A stretch of DNA of 64,000 bases. It comes from Schmidtea nova. Lineage: Eukaryota. Location of the stretch: NCBI GenBank assembly GCA_044892505.1, contig CM097883.1, positions 440,572,001 to 440,636,000 on the forward strand, read 5' to 3'. The position numbers and the translations under genes are program-made. Positions 26,301 to 41,300 of this stretch are shown piece by piece. The notes beneath the pieces were generated by a model. That model worked only from the letters and a program-made list of their open reading frames with translations, had not been told where the DNA came from and did no database searches. Within the stretch, counting starts at the first letter, position 1. Each line of letters opens with the position of its first letter.

Positions 26301-29300
26301 TTGCATAAATATAGGGTTCTAAAAAGAAAAAAAATTTAAAAAGAAAATTTGAAACATTTTTGAGTATAAACAAAACCAAGAAATTAAATCAGAATAATAA
26401 TAAATATTCTAATTAATTTTAAGTTTTCGGTCAGAATATTAAAATACAAATTATTAATATTTTTAACAATTTTGATTAATTTAATTTAACTTATTGAAAA
26501 GATAACGACTTATTTAGGCCAAGAAAAAGTCTCGCGGATTATAGTTTGCACATTCTTGTTATAAGTACGTGTCGGATATTTATCCTCCGAATTTATTTTG
26601 GTGNNNNNNNNNNNNNNNNNNNNNNNNNNNNNNNNNNNNNNNNNNNNNNNNNNNNNNNNNNNNNNNNNNNNNNNNNNNNNNNNNNNNNNNNNNNNNNNNN
26701 NNNNNNNNNNNNNNNNNNNNNNNNNNNNNNNNNNNNNNNNNNNNNNNNNNNNNNNNNNNNNNNNNNNNNNNNNNNNNNNNNNNNNNNNNNNNNNNNNNNN
26801 NNNNNNNNNNNNNNNNNNNNNNNNNNNNNNNNNNNNNNNNNNNNNNNNNNNNNNNNNNNNNNNNNNNNNNNNNNNNNNNNNNNNNNNNNNNNNNNNNNNN
26901 NNNNNNNNNTTAAAATAATGAGTTTCCTAAGTACAAATCATCTCTTGTGGGTGTAAAATATTTAATAAATCAAATTTATTTATGTCAATAAACTATTTAG
27001 AGAAATTGTCGCCAGCTGCAGGAAGTAAAATATTAATTATTATGTTTTCTTTTAAGTTAATAAGCTGTCTCAATTTGATAACTTTCTTATTGTATTGATG
27101 GGAACAATTGCAAAAATTGGGATTAAAATGAATTACTCATTCAGATAATTGCCGGAATCATATAATTTTCTCTAGAAATTTTTAATTACATTTTATTCTT
27201 AAACATTTTCTATTGACTTTATCTTATTAATTAGATTCAAATTCGACAATATTATCAACAATTCAAACCTTTCCACAAAACAGAACGTTTGCAAAATTAA
27301 AATCAAAACCAGAAAATTATTTCCAAATGTCTATGGTTGATGTTTATTTGAATTCTTTAAAAAATTCGTCAGACAAAAGCAGTGCATTCCTTAGCCCGGA
27401 AGGTTTCTCGTCGTTGATCATCAGTTTGGGATTGAGGAAAAGGAATAATATCACAAAAATGTTTAACAATATTTCTGTACAGGTTGGCTCAAATATTCAG
27501 TTATAATTCATAAAATTTAAGTTTACCTTAATGTGTGTTTATTACATATCAGAAAATTTCAAAAATCTGATTTATTAATTCAAATTAAATGCCTAATAAC
27601 GACAAAAAGCCTATTTAATACTGACTTTTTAAATTAGGCAGTGCCGAAAATTTGTGTTTAATTTGAAAAAATCGAAAGCCATTTTTATTATTTATCCTGA
27701 TTAATATTGCTTTTTTAACATGTTACAAAATATATATATATATTTCGGACCAAAATGTTTTTTGGCTTATTCTGAATGTTTAATTACTTATTATAATATC
27801 TTTATTTATTATTATTATTATTTATTCTTATTATTCTTATGACTTTTTATTTTTATTTATTATCATTATTATTTTTTATTAATATTTTTTTTTATTTTAT
27901 TATTGTTATTTATTTTATAACTTTTATTTTTTATGAAATTTTATTTATTATTATTATTCTTATTTATTCTTATTCTTATTACTTTTTATTTTTAGTTATC
28001 ATCATTATTATTTTTTATTACTATCATAATTTATTATTATTTTATTATTGTTATTTATTTATTTTACAATTTTTATTTTTTATGAAATTTTATTTATTAT
28101 TATTATTATTTATTCTTATTCTTATTCTTACTCTTTATTTTTATTTATTATCATTATTATTTTTTATTACTATTTTTATTTTTTATTATTTTATTATTGT
28201 TATTTATTTATTTTACAATTTTTATTTTTTATGAAATTTTATTTATTATTATTATTATTTATTCTTATTCTTATTNNNNNNNNNNNNNNNNNNNNNNNNN
28301 NNNNNNNNNNNNNNNNNNNNNNNNNNNNNNNNNNNNNNNNNNNNNNNNNNNNNNNNNNNNNNNNNNNNNNNNNNNNNNNNNNNNNNNNNNNNNNNNNNNN
28401 NNNNNNNNNNNNATTTCTTCATCTTTTATATTTTTGCGATTTCGTGTACATAGTGTCTCATTTGATAGTATGACGTTTAGATAGTGTTTATATTTTATTT
28501 ATTAATGTTTTTTGTAATCGTGATAATTTATTTATAATTATATTTTAGATGAATTTTAATACAAAAAAAAGTATAAGAGACTAAAAGACGATAAAAAATG
28601 TTATATACATTTATTGAACTATATAGTAATTTTAATAAGTAAATTTAATAAAAAACACAATTTATTTAACCTCCGTTCATATATTTTGACAAAATCCCTG
28701 TCATCTTCAGACAATAGACACCCAAGAAAGAAAATTATGTTTTATTCATTCTATTCAAACAATTTATAAAAAATATTATTAAATAAATTTTAAATATTAT
28801 TTTAATAAAAGTATATTATTCATATATATTCAAAATCAAGCTCAAAATAGTTTTTTAAAAGAATTTACAAAATTTGAATTATTAACCATTTTTTAAATTT
28901 CTAAAATTAAATTTTTCAATTTTAACAAAACCAATCAATATAATTAATACAACATCACGCCCATGCTAACAATCAAACTATTAAAAATCACTCAAAATAC
29001 ATTTTCACCACGATCTGTACATTAATCTTTGGATTCAGAGCTCTTATCAACAATGCTTCACATATAATGCATTCATAATGATTATTAAGATTTTAAAATC
29101 AGACATGTAAATCTTTCTCTTGCATTCTTTATTGTCATCACTTATATTAGACACTCCCTTCGGTCGACAATGTTAAATAACTCGAATTCAGAGTTGACGA
29201 GCAATCTTTTCAATGTATGTGACATTACATATAAATGGATAAACGATATTTGAACACAATTTAACCGGAGTTACATACTATTCACTATACATGAATCGAA

Positions 29301-32300
29301 TATATTCCTAAAGTTTAAACCACTCAATTGCTTACCTACCTTACATTTTTAATCTTTAAACCCCTCCGAATATGGCAATACCATCGTTAATTTAGACTCT
29401 TCCTTTTTGATAGATCCAATTCTGTAATTGACTTCATCATCGGAATTATCAGCTCTATAACACCCACGCTTAAGAGGATCTTTAAAATTATTGATGAACT
29501 TATCAATCGTCTTGGTTTAGCTAAATGAAATTGAGCAATAACAGGTCTGTGATGCCCTTAGATGTCCGGGGCCGCACGTGCGCTACAATGGCAGTAACAG
29601 CGAGTTTAATGGCCGGGTAACCTGCTAAATCACTGTCGTGTCAGGAATAGTGGATTGAAATTATTCCTCTTGAACGAGGAATTCCTAGTAAGCGCAAGTC
29701 ACTAGCTTGCGCTGATTACGTCCCTGCCCTTTGTACACACAGCCCGTCGCTACTACCGATTTCTTCATCAACAGTTCCACCAATTTATCATCACTTTTTA
29801 CAGAATATTTGAATGTAGAAGATAAAAACCACGATCGATTAATCAATCCTCTCATCATATTTCTCTTATATATAAATTCACAAAAACTTTCTAAGTATTA
29901 AGTCTAGTATCACTATGTTTTCAATAAATCTCTCTCATACAGTCTCATCCTTGCGTTTGCTTTACAGACCTGAAACACTCAAAATTATCACAATTATGGG
30001 CTTGAAAAACCAAAAGTTGACAGAAAAAGAATTAAATTGGTTTTTGATAAACGCTTATATTAATATAAACCCTTACAAAATCATGCAAAACCAATGTTGA
30101 GTGTAGCCTGTTCTCAGCTTTCATATATCAATACCCTTTAGTTATTTAGTTTATTTATTATTTTGTCTCTGTAATTAACTTTTGCATCATATCATTTTCT
30201 AATTTATTTTAAAAATGTTTTTCATTTAATACGATTAGTACTTGATTCCCGTCTATTTGTCTATTTCTTTGTATTCAGTGCCATTCTCCAATTCAAATGC
30301 AAAGCTGGTTTAATAAAACAAAAATAGGACTCTCCAAAGAAGATTTTATTAGCATTTGTCCATCACTGCTTGTTCAAATGCTTTCCAAAGTTTGCCGACC
30401 AAATGTGACTCGGACAATGAACCAAATGAATACAACGATCTCACCAGTCACAAAAAATAATATCACAAGTAAGCAGTTAAAAAACTGAATAATGATAAAA
30501 TTACTTTCTTTGATCATTTTAATATTTTATTTTCATTTTTCAAATAATAATTTTGATCAATTATTTGCAAAAATTGAAAATAAATGAAATAAAAAAAAGA
30601 TCAAGAGTGTAGAAGATTAAAGATTTAATAATATATTATTATTTATTAAATAAAGTTATTTAATAATTTTTAAAGAGAAATCATTATTCTATATCAGACT
30701 TTAGCTTGAAGCGGAATTTCTTGCTACTTGGAAAAAATTGAAATCAATTCTGATGAACTAAACATAATAACTATAACTCAAATTAGTCATTGAAATTATA
30801 TATTTTTTATATTAACCCTTATCTGTAGTAAGTCACCTCTCACGTAACAACAACACTTTATCGCAACGGTCGTACGTCACGTCGGAGGTGACAAGACGCA
30901 ACTTGCTCTATGTGAAATGCGGGCTCAATGCCATGTTAGTTAAGCATCAGCAACGAATCAGTTAACATCTCCAATGATATATCTCTGCTTTTTGTATTTA
31001 ATTTTTAATATATTGAACCCAAAATTTTACAAATTTCAACAGTTATGATAGTGTCAGTGATTGTTTTGCAATTATAAAACAATCTACTTGAATCAATCCC
31101 TAATTTCAAAGGTTATCATCTTTATGTCGACAGATACTATACAAGTGTTGCATTGGCTGAAGAACTGCCTAAAATGAAATGTTTTTTAACGGGTACCATA
31201 AGAACTGATAGAAAACTTTTGCCAAAACAAATAAGAAAACCAACTTCTAAAGTTAAGACTGTTATCAGAGTCCGTTCAAGAAAAAATAAGATTTTAACTT
31301 TATCATGGCGAGACAGAAAGTTATTACCATGCTTAGTTCATATGATACTGGGTCAATGAAAACTGTATCAAGAATAGCACGTGGTGGCAATCATGTAGAA
31401 CTCAAGAAACCCGAAGTGATAATGAATTAAAATAAATTTATTGGCGGAATGGACCGTGCAAACCAAATAGAATCTATGTATTGTTTTTTACGTAAATCAT
31501 TAAAATGGTGGCGAAACGTTTATTTCTGGGAAATAGAAGTTTGCTCATTGAATTTATATATTCTGTAAAAAGCAGAATATAAACACAACAACAGTAAAAA
31601 TTTCAAACGAAAATTAGTCATATCACTAATTGGAAATTATTGCGAAAGAGAAACTCAACGATATGAGACATCATCAACAAGTGACATTGATGATAGGTTA
31701 GACGGAAAATTACATATTTTACAAATTGATCCAACGAGAAAACATAATGACTGTTTGGTATGTTCCAATCGTAAGTTGTCTGGAGGAAGAAAAACAAAAG
31801 TATGAAACCTGCAACAGAAAACCATTCCTTCCTGTTGGAGATTGTTTTAAAAAAATATCATGCATTAAAAACTTATAATATTTTGAAACTTATTTTTGTA
31901 ATACTCCTTCAAAAAATAAATAATTTTAACAAAAATCTTATTCTTTTAATACCGAAAACGTTTCGTACATTTACCGGAATTAGTTATAGCCTGGCAAGAA
32001 TCACGCCTATAAAGCTAGCGACCGATAACGGTTAATATTTGATTTTGTAAATTTATGAAAAACAAATAGTTTTTTACAGATCTCTCTATATTAATAATTT
32101 TGAAATTAGCCCCTTATAGCCAATTATTATTTAAAATATGCATATTATTTAAATATATGAAATATAACAAATAATATACTATTTCATTTTAAAAGTTTTG
32201 TTTAATTACTTATTATTTTAAATAATTTTACATCCTATACATGGAAAAGAACATTAGTATAAGGAACTTGACTGAACAGAACAGCCATATAATAGTTTCT

Positions 32301-35300
32301 CGATTTTTCAACAATGCCAAACTATCGTTTACACAGTTAGAGGAAGCCTTTGAACTGAGGAAATAAAATATTTCTCCTTCATCACATGTTCTTGCAGATC
32401 ACTTGGACTACCCCAGCCCACGTTGCAAGCTTCCATACATGATACTCTATTATCAAGGATTAAAATAAATCAGCGACTAAAGCAGCTTTGGTAGTATACA
32501 TCACTGAATGTCATTTCGATATTTAATTATGGACCAAGATAACCAAGTCGCAGACTGCTTATTTAGAGAAACAGATGAAGAGAACACGATTCACACAATA
32601 TCAATTTAGCAGAACTAATAAAATATCATAAAGACAAATCTTCCTCGGACTTGATCAAATAAACCTCTCTTATACCTAAGAAACCGAAGATGTAATATTG
32701 ATTGATACAACATCAAATGTAACTCAAATCATCCTGCCAGAAATTTTCCAAATTCAAAAATTTAAAAGGTTACATAACATGTGTCATCCAAGAACCCTTG
32801 CAACCATCAGGCTAATAAAATCACAATATTTGTGGCCAAGGATTTACTTTTGTGACCAGAACACAAATTCGAAAATAGTGTAGACCAGCGGTTCTCAAAC
32901 TTTTAAAATTTTTTCGATAGCTAGCGGAACCCTTAGTCAGTTATATATTATAAATAAATATGCTTTCGTTTTTCGCGGTCCTACCGAAACTGGCTTCGTG
33001 GCCCCTACTTTGAGAACCTCTGGCGTAGACAGTCTAAGCAATGCCAGAAAAATAAAATAACCAGCATACCAAATCAAAATTTGTAGTTCATAGAGATATT
33101 ATAATAACGCTTCCGCTTGTCAACAACAAACGACCAATTATTTGAAGAAAAAAAACATTTCACACCACAAGGCAGTGTTTGGAACTCACATAATTTTGTC
33201 TGGAGATATCATCATCAAAAAGAGAGAAAATAGAATTAAACAGAAAAACTTTCCAAGGATCTGATTACGCGTAAGCTACGTATGCATGATAGTAGATAAA
33301 AGAACAGCACTTCAACTAATGTATTCAAAGTTTTCAGTGGAAGCGAGGATCTATAGACCAGTGTTTCCCAATGTTGGCCCACGCGCCACAAGGGGGTAAT
33401 AATTGAAAATATATAAAACAAGCAAAAAAAATTTAAGGACTGGCGAAATGAATAAAATGCCTGATGGGTAAAAATGAAACATCAACAAATTTCAACTTAA
33501 ATTTAAAAATTACACACAACAAATACCTTAATTTGTTCTATTCATTCTTATGAATAGAAACAAAATCTAACTAACAGTTTACAAAAACTATCAATCGTTT
33601 TTTGTGATGAAGAAAAATAAAACTTTTTATGTAATGTGTATGTATAAAATTTATACATAATATATTAAACGTAATATAAAATCCCTTTGCAGCAAGCATC
33701 AAGCTCAAGGCTCTCACTGAATTTAAATAAAAATTGGTTTTTAATAATTATGATAAATAATATGTATGTAGTTTTAATGATAAAATTAGTTGTTTTTCCT
33801 TTAATTCCCGGTAAAAATTTGACAGAATGCATAAATGAATCTCACATTGGACATAGGAATTTTAGAAAGATTTTTTTTGGTAACGACACGAAAATTGTCG
33901 GGAAACACTGCTCTAGACAGAGTTAAGTAGCCGATCATTATTTAGGATATATATTTTAAATATAAATTATTTACTTATATGTAATAGAATAAATGTAATT
34001 TTGTTTATAATTGTTAAATGTAATAAAATATACTTTTTCAAATTGTAAGTTTTACATGAAAAACAGCACATCACATATATTCTGTATAATAATTATATAC
34101 TTTTGGTAATACTTATAATATTTTATTATACGTGTCATCTAATTTCATATTACACTTTGTAACAAATATATCGATAACATTGTAGAATTAGATGGCAGAC
34201 TTTTTTCAACTGTATGAGAATGCATATATCAATAAAGATATAACAATTCACTTAATTCGGATGATGCGACGGATAAATAATAGCATATAATAGAAAATTA
34301 GGCAAAGAAATTTATTATTGGTTACTATTCAGAAATATTTTTAAAGATTTGAACAATACAATAAGTTTAAATAGTGCCCCTGGGCTGTGCTGCAAATTTG
34401 TTAAATAATAGGTTGGGAATTTGTAAGTCTGGGAAAAAATTTGGTTTGTAGAAAACTGTAGGTAAACGTTCCAATAGTCTGCAGATTGTAAAAGATAAAC
34501 GTCATATTTCTCGTTATCAGGCGAAAAAGAAAAGCAAAGAGGAATAGTTATTAATATTTAAAATTATTATAGAAAATATGTGCCATAATTTAATAATTAT
34601 ACCTTATATTGAAGTAACAACATTAGACGCAATAGAAACTCATGAACTAAATCAATTTCGACTTTCCGGGTTTCCGGAACTGTCCCGATTTCAACAGACA
34701 TATTCCTTGTCCCGAATTGACTCTGAAAATTCCGACGTAACAAAATTTGTATATGTACAAAAATTTACATATATTGTTAAAAAGTCTCGCTTAATTTTTG
34801 CAGATAGCCTGGCGTACGGCATTTTATAAATNNNNNNNNNNNNNNNNNNNNNNNNNNNNNNNNNNNNNNNNNNNNNNNNNNNNNNNNNNNNNNNNNNNNN
34901 NNNNNNNNNNNNNNNNNNNNNNNNNNNNNNNNNNNNNNNNNNNNNNNNNNNNNNNNNNNNNNNNNNNNNNNNNNNNNNNNNNNNNNNNNNNNNNNNNNNN
35001 NNNNNNNNNNNNNNNNNNNNNNNNNNNNNNNNNNNNNNNNNNNNNNNNNNNNNNNNNNNNNNNNNNNNNNNNNNNNNNNNNNNNNNNNNNNNNNNNNNNN
35101 NNNNNNNNNNNNNNNNNNNNNNNNNNNNNNNNNNNNNNNNNNNNNNNNNNNNNNNNNNNNNNNNNNNNNNNNNNNNNNNNNNNNNNNNNNNNNNCACCTT
35201 TGATTTTTTTTATTATTATTATCAATAATTCACATAATGATGACTATAGATCAAAATTTTTTTTATAACACAATATTTCGACACAATCTTTATTTTGAGA

Positions 35301-38300
35301 TTTATTTTTTCCATTCCCACCACCCGTTATCATATATCATTTCAACCGTTATAAATTCTGTACAAATCGAACTCATGCTTTCATTTTTCAAACTAATATG
35401 AATTAAAACTGAATTATATTTTGTCATTTATCAAATCGCTCCTTTTATTTCCATCGAAAATAATCCGATCTGGTTTCCAATACTTTATTTCATTCGTATT
35501 TCTATATATTTCCACATAAGCTAGAAATTTTCTGATTTCTTTATAANNNNNNNNNNNNNNNNNNNNNNNNNNNNNNNNNNNNNNNNNNNNNNNNNNNNNN
35601 NNNNNNNNNNNNNNNNNNNNNNNNNNNNNNNNNNNNNNNNNNNNNNNNNNNNNNNNNNNNNNNNNNNNNNNNNNNNNNNNNNNNNNNNNNNNNNNNNNNN
35701 NNNNNNNNNNNNNNNNNNNNNNNNNNNNNNNNNNNNNNNNNNNNNNNNNNNNNNNNNNNNNNNNNNNNNNNNNNNNNNNNNNNNNNNNNNNNNNNNNNNN
35801 NAACGAAATAAGCCTTTTCTGCAAAAATAATTTATAAATTATTTTTGCAGCAAAGGCTTATTTTGTTACTTATTTATTAATTAATTTAATACTTAATGCC
35901 GCAAGGAATCNNNNNNNNNNNNNNNNNNNNNNNNNNNNNNNNNNNNNNNNNNNNNNNNNNNNNNNNNNNNNNNNNNNNNNNNNNNNNNNNNNNNNNNNNN
36001 NNNNNNNNNNNNNNNNNNNNNNNNNNNNNNNNNNNNNNNNNNNNNNNNNNNNNNNNNNNNNNNNNNNNNNNNNNNNNNNNNNNNNNNNNNNNNNNNNNNN
36101 NNNNNNNNNNNNNNNNNNNNNNNNAATTAAGTATGAAATTTTTGTCCGAATTCCTTAGTGTATAATTATTTTATATTTGATATGTAAAAATTAAATTTAT
36201 AAGCACACAAAGTGTTACTAATATTAAATGTAATATAATTATAAGTAAATATGTAAAGTAAACATATTTTGTAATTATTATTATTATTAAAATTTTATTA
36301 ATTAATTAAATTAGCATTAATAAATTAGCATTTTTATTATTAATTTCCATGACAAAATAAGATGGAAATTTTTATTAATCTGGTAGTATTAAAAGAAAAT
36401 ATGCATAGCAGGTTAAATAATTATTTTTTGTGAGCCATTCTTTTAATTATATTTTTACATCAAAATAATCATTTCGAGAAATATATGAGCTTAAAGCTTT
36501 TTATGTAAAATACTGATATTCTTTTCATATTATACAAAATAAAATTAATATTAACTTTTAAATAGTATATGGTAATATTGAAATCCTTATTTTTTACTAT
36601 TTTTAAAAAGATATTTATATATTTTTTTTAAATTGAAAAAGCTAGTTTACAAGCTTCTATTATAATTATAAAAAACCGATCATAATTTCAAAGGATTTAT
36701 CTATATATATATATAGTAAGTATCTGTAATTTTTTGATGTTGGACATTCTCTAAAAGTATTAAAATGCCATTTAGCTGTAAACTTTCTAACATTCAATCT
36801 TTTCATTAATATATTTGATTTTATTCACTAAAGTTGTGCACTTAATCAAAATTTATAAAACATCTATAATCCATTTATAAAAATTTTTTTCTCAAAATTT
36901 TGTTACAGAGCGATTTAGAATTTAGTTACATTATTTTAAAAATTTTTAAATTATAAATTTCTTGTAAAAGATTTTAGTAATATTTAAAGTGAGTCCAGTT
37001 GTTACTAATAAATATTTTAATATTAGCCTTCTTAATTGTCAATGTTAATTCATGTCTTCAAGTTATTCATAAATTATCTTAAATTTCAATTTGAAGTTAC
37101 TAGTATGAAATTTATTAATGAACTGTATAATTTTAATTTGATTTCGATTACTTCCAGTTTGGCTCTGTAGTATCGGAGCAGTTATTGTCATCAGTCTAGT
37201 GGGATTATTGGTAGTGTGGCTGATTCCAATAATGCCGAAATCATATTACAATAGTATTTCTCAATTGTTGATTGCACTAGCCGTTGGATCTTTGGCAGGA
37301 GATGCTCTTCTACATTTGATACCGCATGTAAATTTTATTTTTATTCTCATCAATTTTTAAGGTAAAGGTCCACAGAAATATAAGAATATGTAGAGTAATC
37401 ACCAGCAAGGATTATATAATAATTATTATTATAGGATTCTACACTTCCCAAATAACGCTCCCATTCCTTCGTCAATTACACATTTAACGTATTTTTATTA
37501 TAATCTTATCCTAAATTATGACATCATCTAGGAAACGTGGGAGTTGATATTCCCCACTTGAGCTTACTTTTTCCTACACATTTATCTACTTAAACTGATA
37601 TTTGTATCGTCGATCAATATAGTGTTAATAAACGGTATAAATATTTTGGACGATCATGCTGTGTCTAGTATGACAAAAGAGACAAAAGATTGAGATTATT
37701 ATATATTTATACTGGGAAGCATTATATATATATTTCCTCGTATCTCATAGCAATTTTCCCGATTGAAATTAATTGAAATGCCATTAATCCGTACCAGCCC
37801 CCAAAATGTCACTCGAGTTGTTTATGCTAAGTTTTCTTGAATATGAAAAATTCATTTATTGAGTGTTAAATGACAAATATTGTATAAAAATAATAAAAGA
37901 GAATGTAAAGAAATAGAATGTTTTTATTAACTGTATTTACCTTTAAAAAAGCTGACTTGAGCTTACATAAGATACTTTCGCTTAATTTTCGTCACTGTTT
38001 TTCTCTTCACTAATCTTAGCCTTTTTCGCCACGCTTTCCTCACTTTCACCTGCTGGCCGTTTCAATAAAATCCTGTCCAAGGAGGTTTGTTTTTTCCCTC
38101 TCTTTCAGAATGTTGTGGAAATGAGTTAGTCAAGTATCATTAAATAGCTCCGATACACGATCTGTTGCAACTTTTTCGGGAGTGTTTCTTTTCCACGAAC
38201 TGTGAAACACTCCCGCACATTCCCAAGAGCTCCTTTACCTCTCTTAGAGATAAACTCTTTCACCTAGTACGTGGCTGTGTAATAGGTTTCGTAGGTGGCG

Positions 38301-41300
38301 CTTTGTCCATTGCAACTCGAGATGAAAAAGCTTGGGCTCCCTCGTATCTCAAAAAACTCACACGTAAGGGCACTCGTATGTCGAGGTACCACAATACAGT
38401 GGTTCCAGTCCTTTCTAAAGTCACGCCACACTTAATAATCGTAATTTTCCCATTACTTTAATATTTATATTTTTTTTAAATATCCAATTTTTATCAGTTA
38501 ACTAGTACAACAATATGCGATGACTGAATAATACAAATAAACTACAATATCAACAGAATGTAATTCCAGCATTTAGCATGGCTTCACAACTCAATTAACT
38601 GTATATAATAAATTCCCTTTGCATACCCAATGGTCAACTTATCATTTATGACAGAGGTTCCCAAACTGTGGGTCGCGACCCAAAAGTGGGTCGCCAATCT
38701 CTGGCAAGTGGGTCGCGAAAGTTTTTAGGAAAACATAACTTTTTTCGTCTTTTATTTCAGTAACACGCAAATTTCATACTTTATTCCGGTATAACTAGCG
38801 GAACAACAACATTTGACTATGATTGGGCCATAACTAGCTTCTACTTGTTAGTGTATATGAACAGTAAATAGTGCACGAACTTTGCAAGGCAGGATTATAA
38901 AAAACATCTGCTATTAAATATGAACCAAATATTAAATAGTTGAACCAGCATCATTGTCCGTCTCTGACTCTGAGCTATGACCACTCACACATGAGAAAGA
39001 TTTGCGTTTTCGTTTCAAAAATTTATCCATATTTATTTTTCTTTAAACTTGACAGTATAAATATTAGTTAAACTGTTATAACACTGTTAAAACTGTTGCT
39101 TTTGCATTGAAATAAATTTTTTACTGTTTTCCTAAGTTTCAATTTTATGTTTTAAATGTACTAATTTCTAAAGTTTCTAAACGCTGTCTGTAAATCGGAA
39201 TATTTTAACCCAATTTATGAGATATTACTGAGTACTCGATGCATAATTTTATTCAGTGGGTCCCGAGATGTCAAAAATATTTCCAAGTGGGTCCAGAGCC
39301 AAAGAAGTTTGGGAACCTCTGATTTATGTAACCACAATTAATCACAAATTAGAAGGTGAAGCATCCAATTATCAGCTTTTAATACTTCATTTATTGAGCT
39401 TGGTTTTATTTCATTTTTATCTCATTGCATCCTTGCAAATCACTCAATTTTCTTTCATTAGCAAAATATTCAGCGTTTTTCTCTAACAAATTTAGAGTTC
39501 TTTTAGAAATCTAAAATTCCATGTATTTTCCCAGTTTACCTTGCTACTCTGGAAACTTCTTTCCTTGATCATAATACAGCAATAAATATCAATTATTTTG
39601 ATCAAGGATTATTTAAACCAGGAATGAGCAAACTGCCCGTCAATGATTTGGACGCAAGTCCATTTTTGTTTATTATGATTGTTATGTTCTGATGTCCGAA
39701 ACAACACAATAATTATGAGAGTTAAGGCTGAACTATCACATTACAAATACATGACAGCTTTGTTTTAAAAAGTGTTTTTAAAAAGTATGTAACTCTACTC
39801 TACAAGAAAATCGGGTGTTTTTAATAAAGTTTTCCCTACGGTTTCTTATTAGTGATGGTTCGATATGACAGTATAGATAATTTATAACCAATATCACCTG
39901 GTCAGATAGTAGAGGATTAATCTAAGGAAAGATAATAAATGAGTTTTAAATGTTTATAAAAGTGATTAAATCAACCTCTCTATTTAGGAAGGGCTTTGAA
40001 ATATATAAAGAGGGGGAAGAGTAACGAACACCAATAAAATAAATAAAAGATTTAACATTTCAAAATCAAACCTGGGAGAAGCGCCTCTAATATCAAGCAC
40101 GGAACGGGGTACAGCATATATAATTAATGCTATCAATGTAAAATACGTGTCAATACGGTGAGTTGTGCTGATGCGGCCCACTTTGCATAGATCAGATACC
40201 AATGCAGCCCACCCCTGATCTACACTATACAAACATACGCTATAATTATTTTACAATTAAAGGTGAAATATCAATTTGTGATTTGCTATAAACCTCATGT
40301 ACAATTGTATTTGAAAATAGTTTCTTCCACTTTCCTTTAAATAATTAATTTTCATATGAATTGTAATAAATTTGGACTTCGAAACCAGATTTTCTTCATT
40401 ATTGTAGCTATAATTATCTGTTTAATTAAAAGATATGATATTCATTATATTCTACTTTTTAAGGCGTTAATGGATGATGGAGAAAAGGGTCACAGCCATA
40501 ATGGACATAATAAAATGGTTTGGAAATCGTTAGTCGCGTTAATTGGAATTCATCTATTCTTCCTTACTGAAAGAATCACAATTCTTTATCAAAATCTGAG
40601 ATCTAAAAGAAAGTCCAAAAAGCAACACGTAAAATTTTCTCATTTTAATATACATTTTTGTGTGCAAAATATTTTACCAAAGCACTCAATTTAGTTTATT
40701 TTCATTTTTTTCAAACAATAGATCAAAATAATTTTTAAACAGTTAATATTACCGTTACTTTTTCAAATGCTTATTTTAAACACTTGAAAAAGGCAGTGTC
40801 GAAATATTGTGTTAAATAGGAGAATAAATCCTTTATCATAATCCGTGTCACTTGTTATATACGGAAACAATAGAAATGTAATAGTTATGGTTTAATGGGT
40901 TAATTAAATAATCTCAATATATTCTTTGCTGATTGTAGGGGATTGTGATTTAAACGCTAAAAACTCGCACAAAATTCTTTATCAATTATTATTAAAGTTC
41001 TTATAATTTTTTTAAAATCTGTTGTCCATTTACACATTTTCCTATGCTAACCAATATTACTCACACCTTTCAATCAGCTTTGTTATTAAACCCGGAGGTA
41101 AGAACAAGTCTCTCCAATGTTTATAAATTGCACCAATTACATGAAAAATTATACACTAAATCAGAATTATAACCTATTTGAGATTGAGATTTATTCCTAA
41201 ACATTACTAATACTTGTAAAGATTTCGAAACTATTTGAAATATATTAGAATTACCGAAACATTTCATCACAGAAAACTTAAAATTTTAAAACCTTTCGAA

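Noticed and set aside
27620-27660. Additional ribozyme copy (aggcagtgccgaaaatttgtgtt)
   Set aside because: Only stem II and the 3' half remain; the core is absent.
27839-28484. Hydrophobic membrane-protein ORFs
   Set aside because: They are translations of a T/A-rich minisatellite and an N block.
29514-29761. Functional rRNA gene or contaminant contig
   Set aside because: It is only ~250 bp, mutated, and embedded in a PLE relic that continues on both sides inside a host intron.
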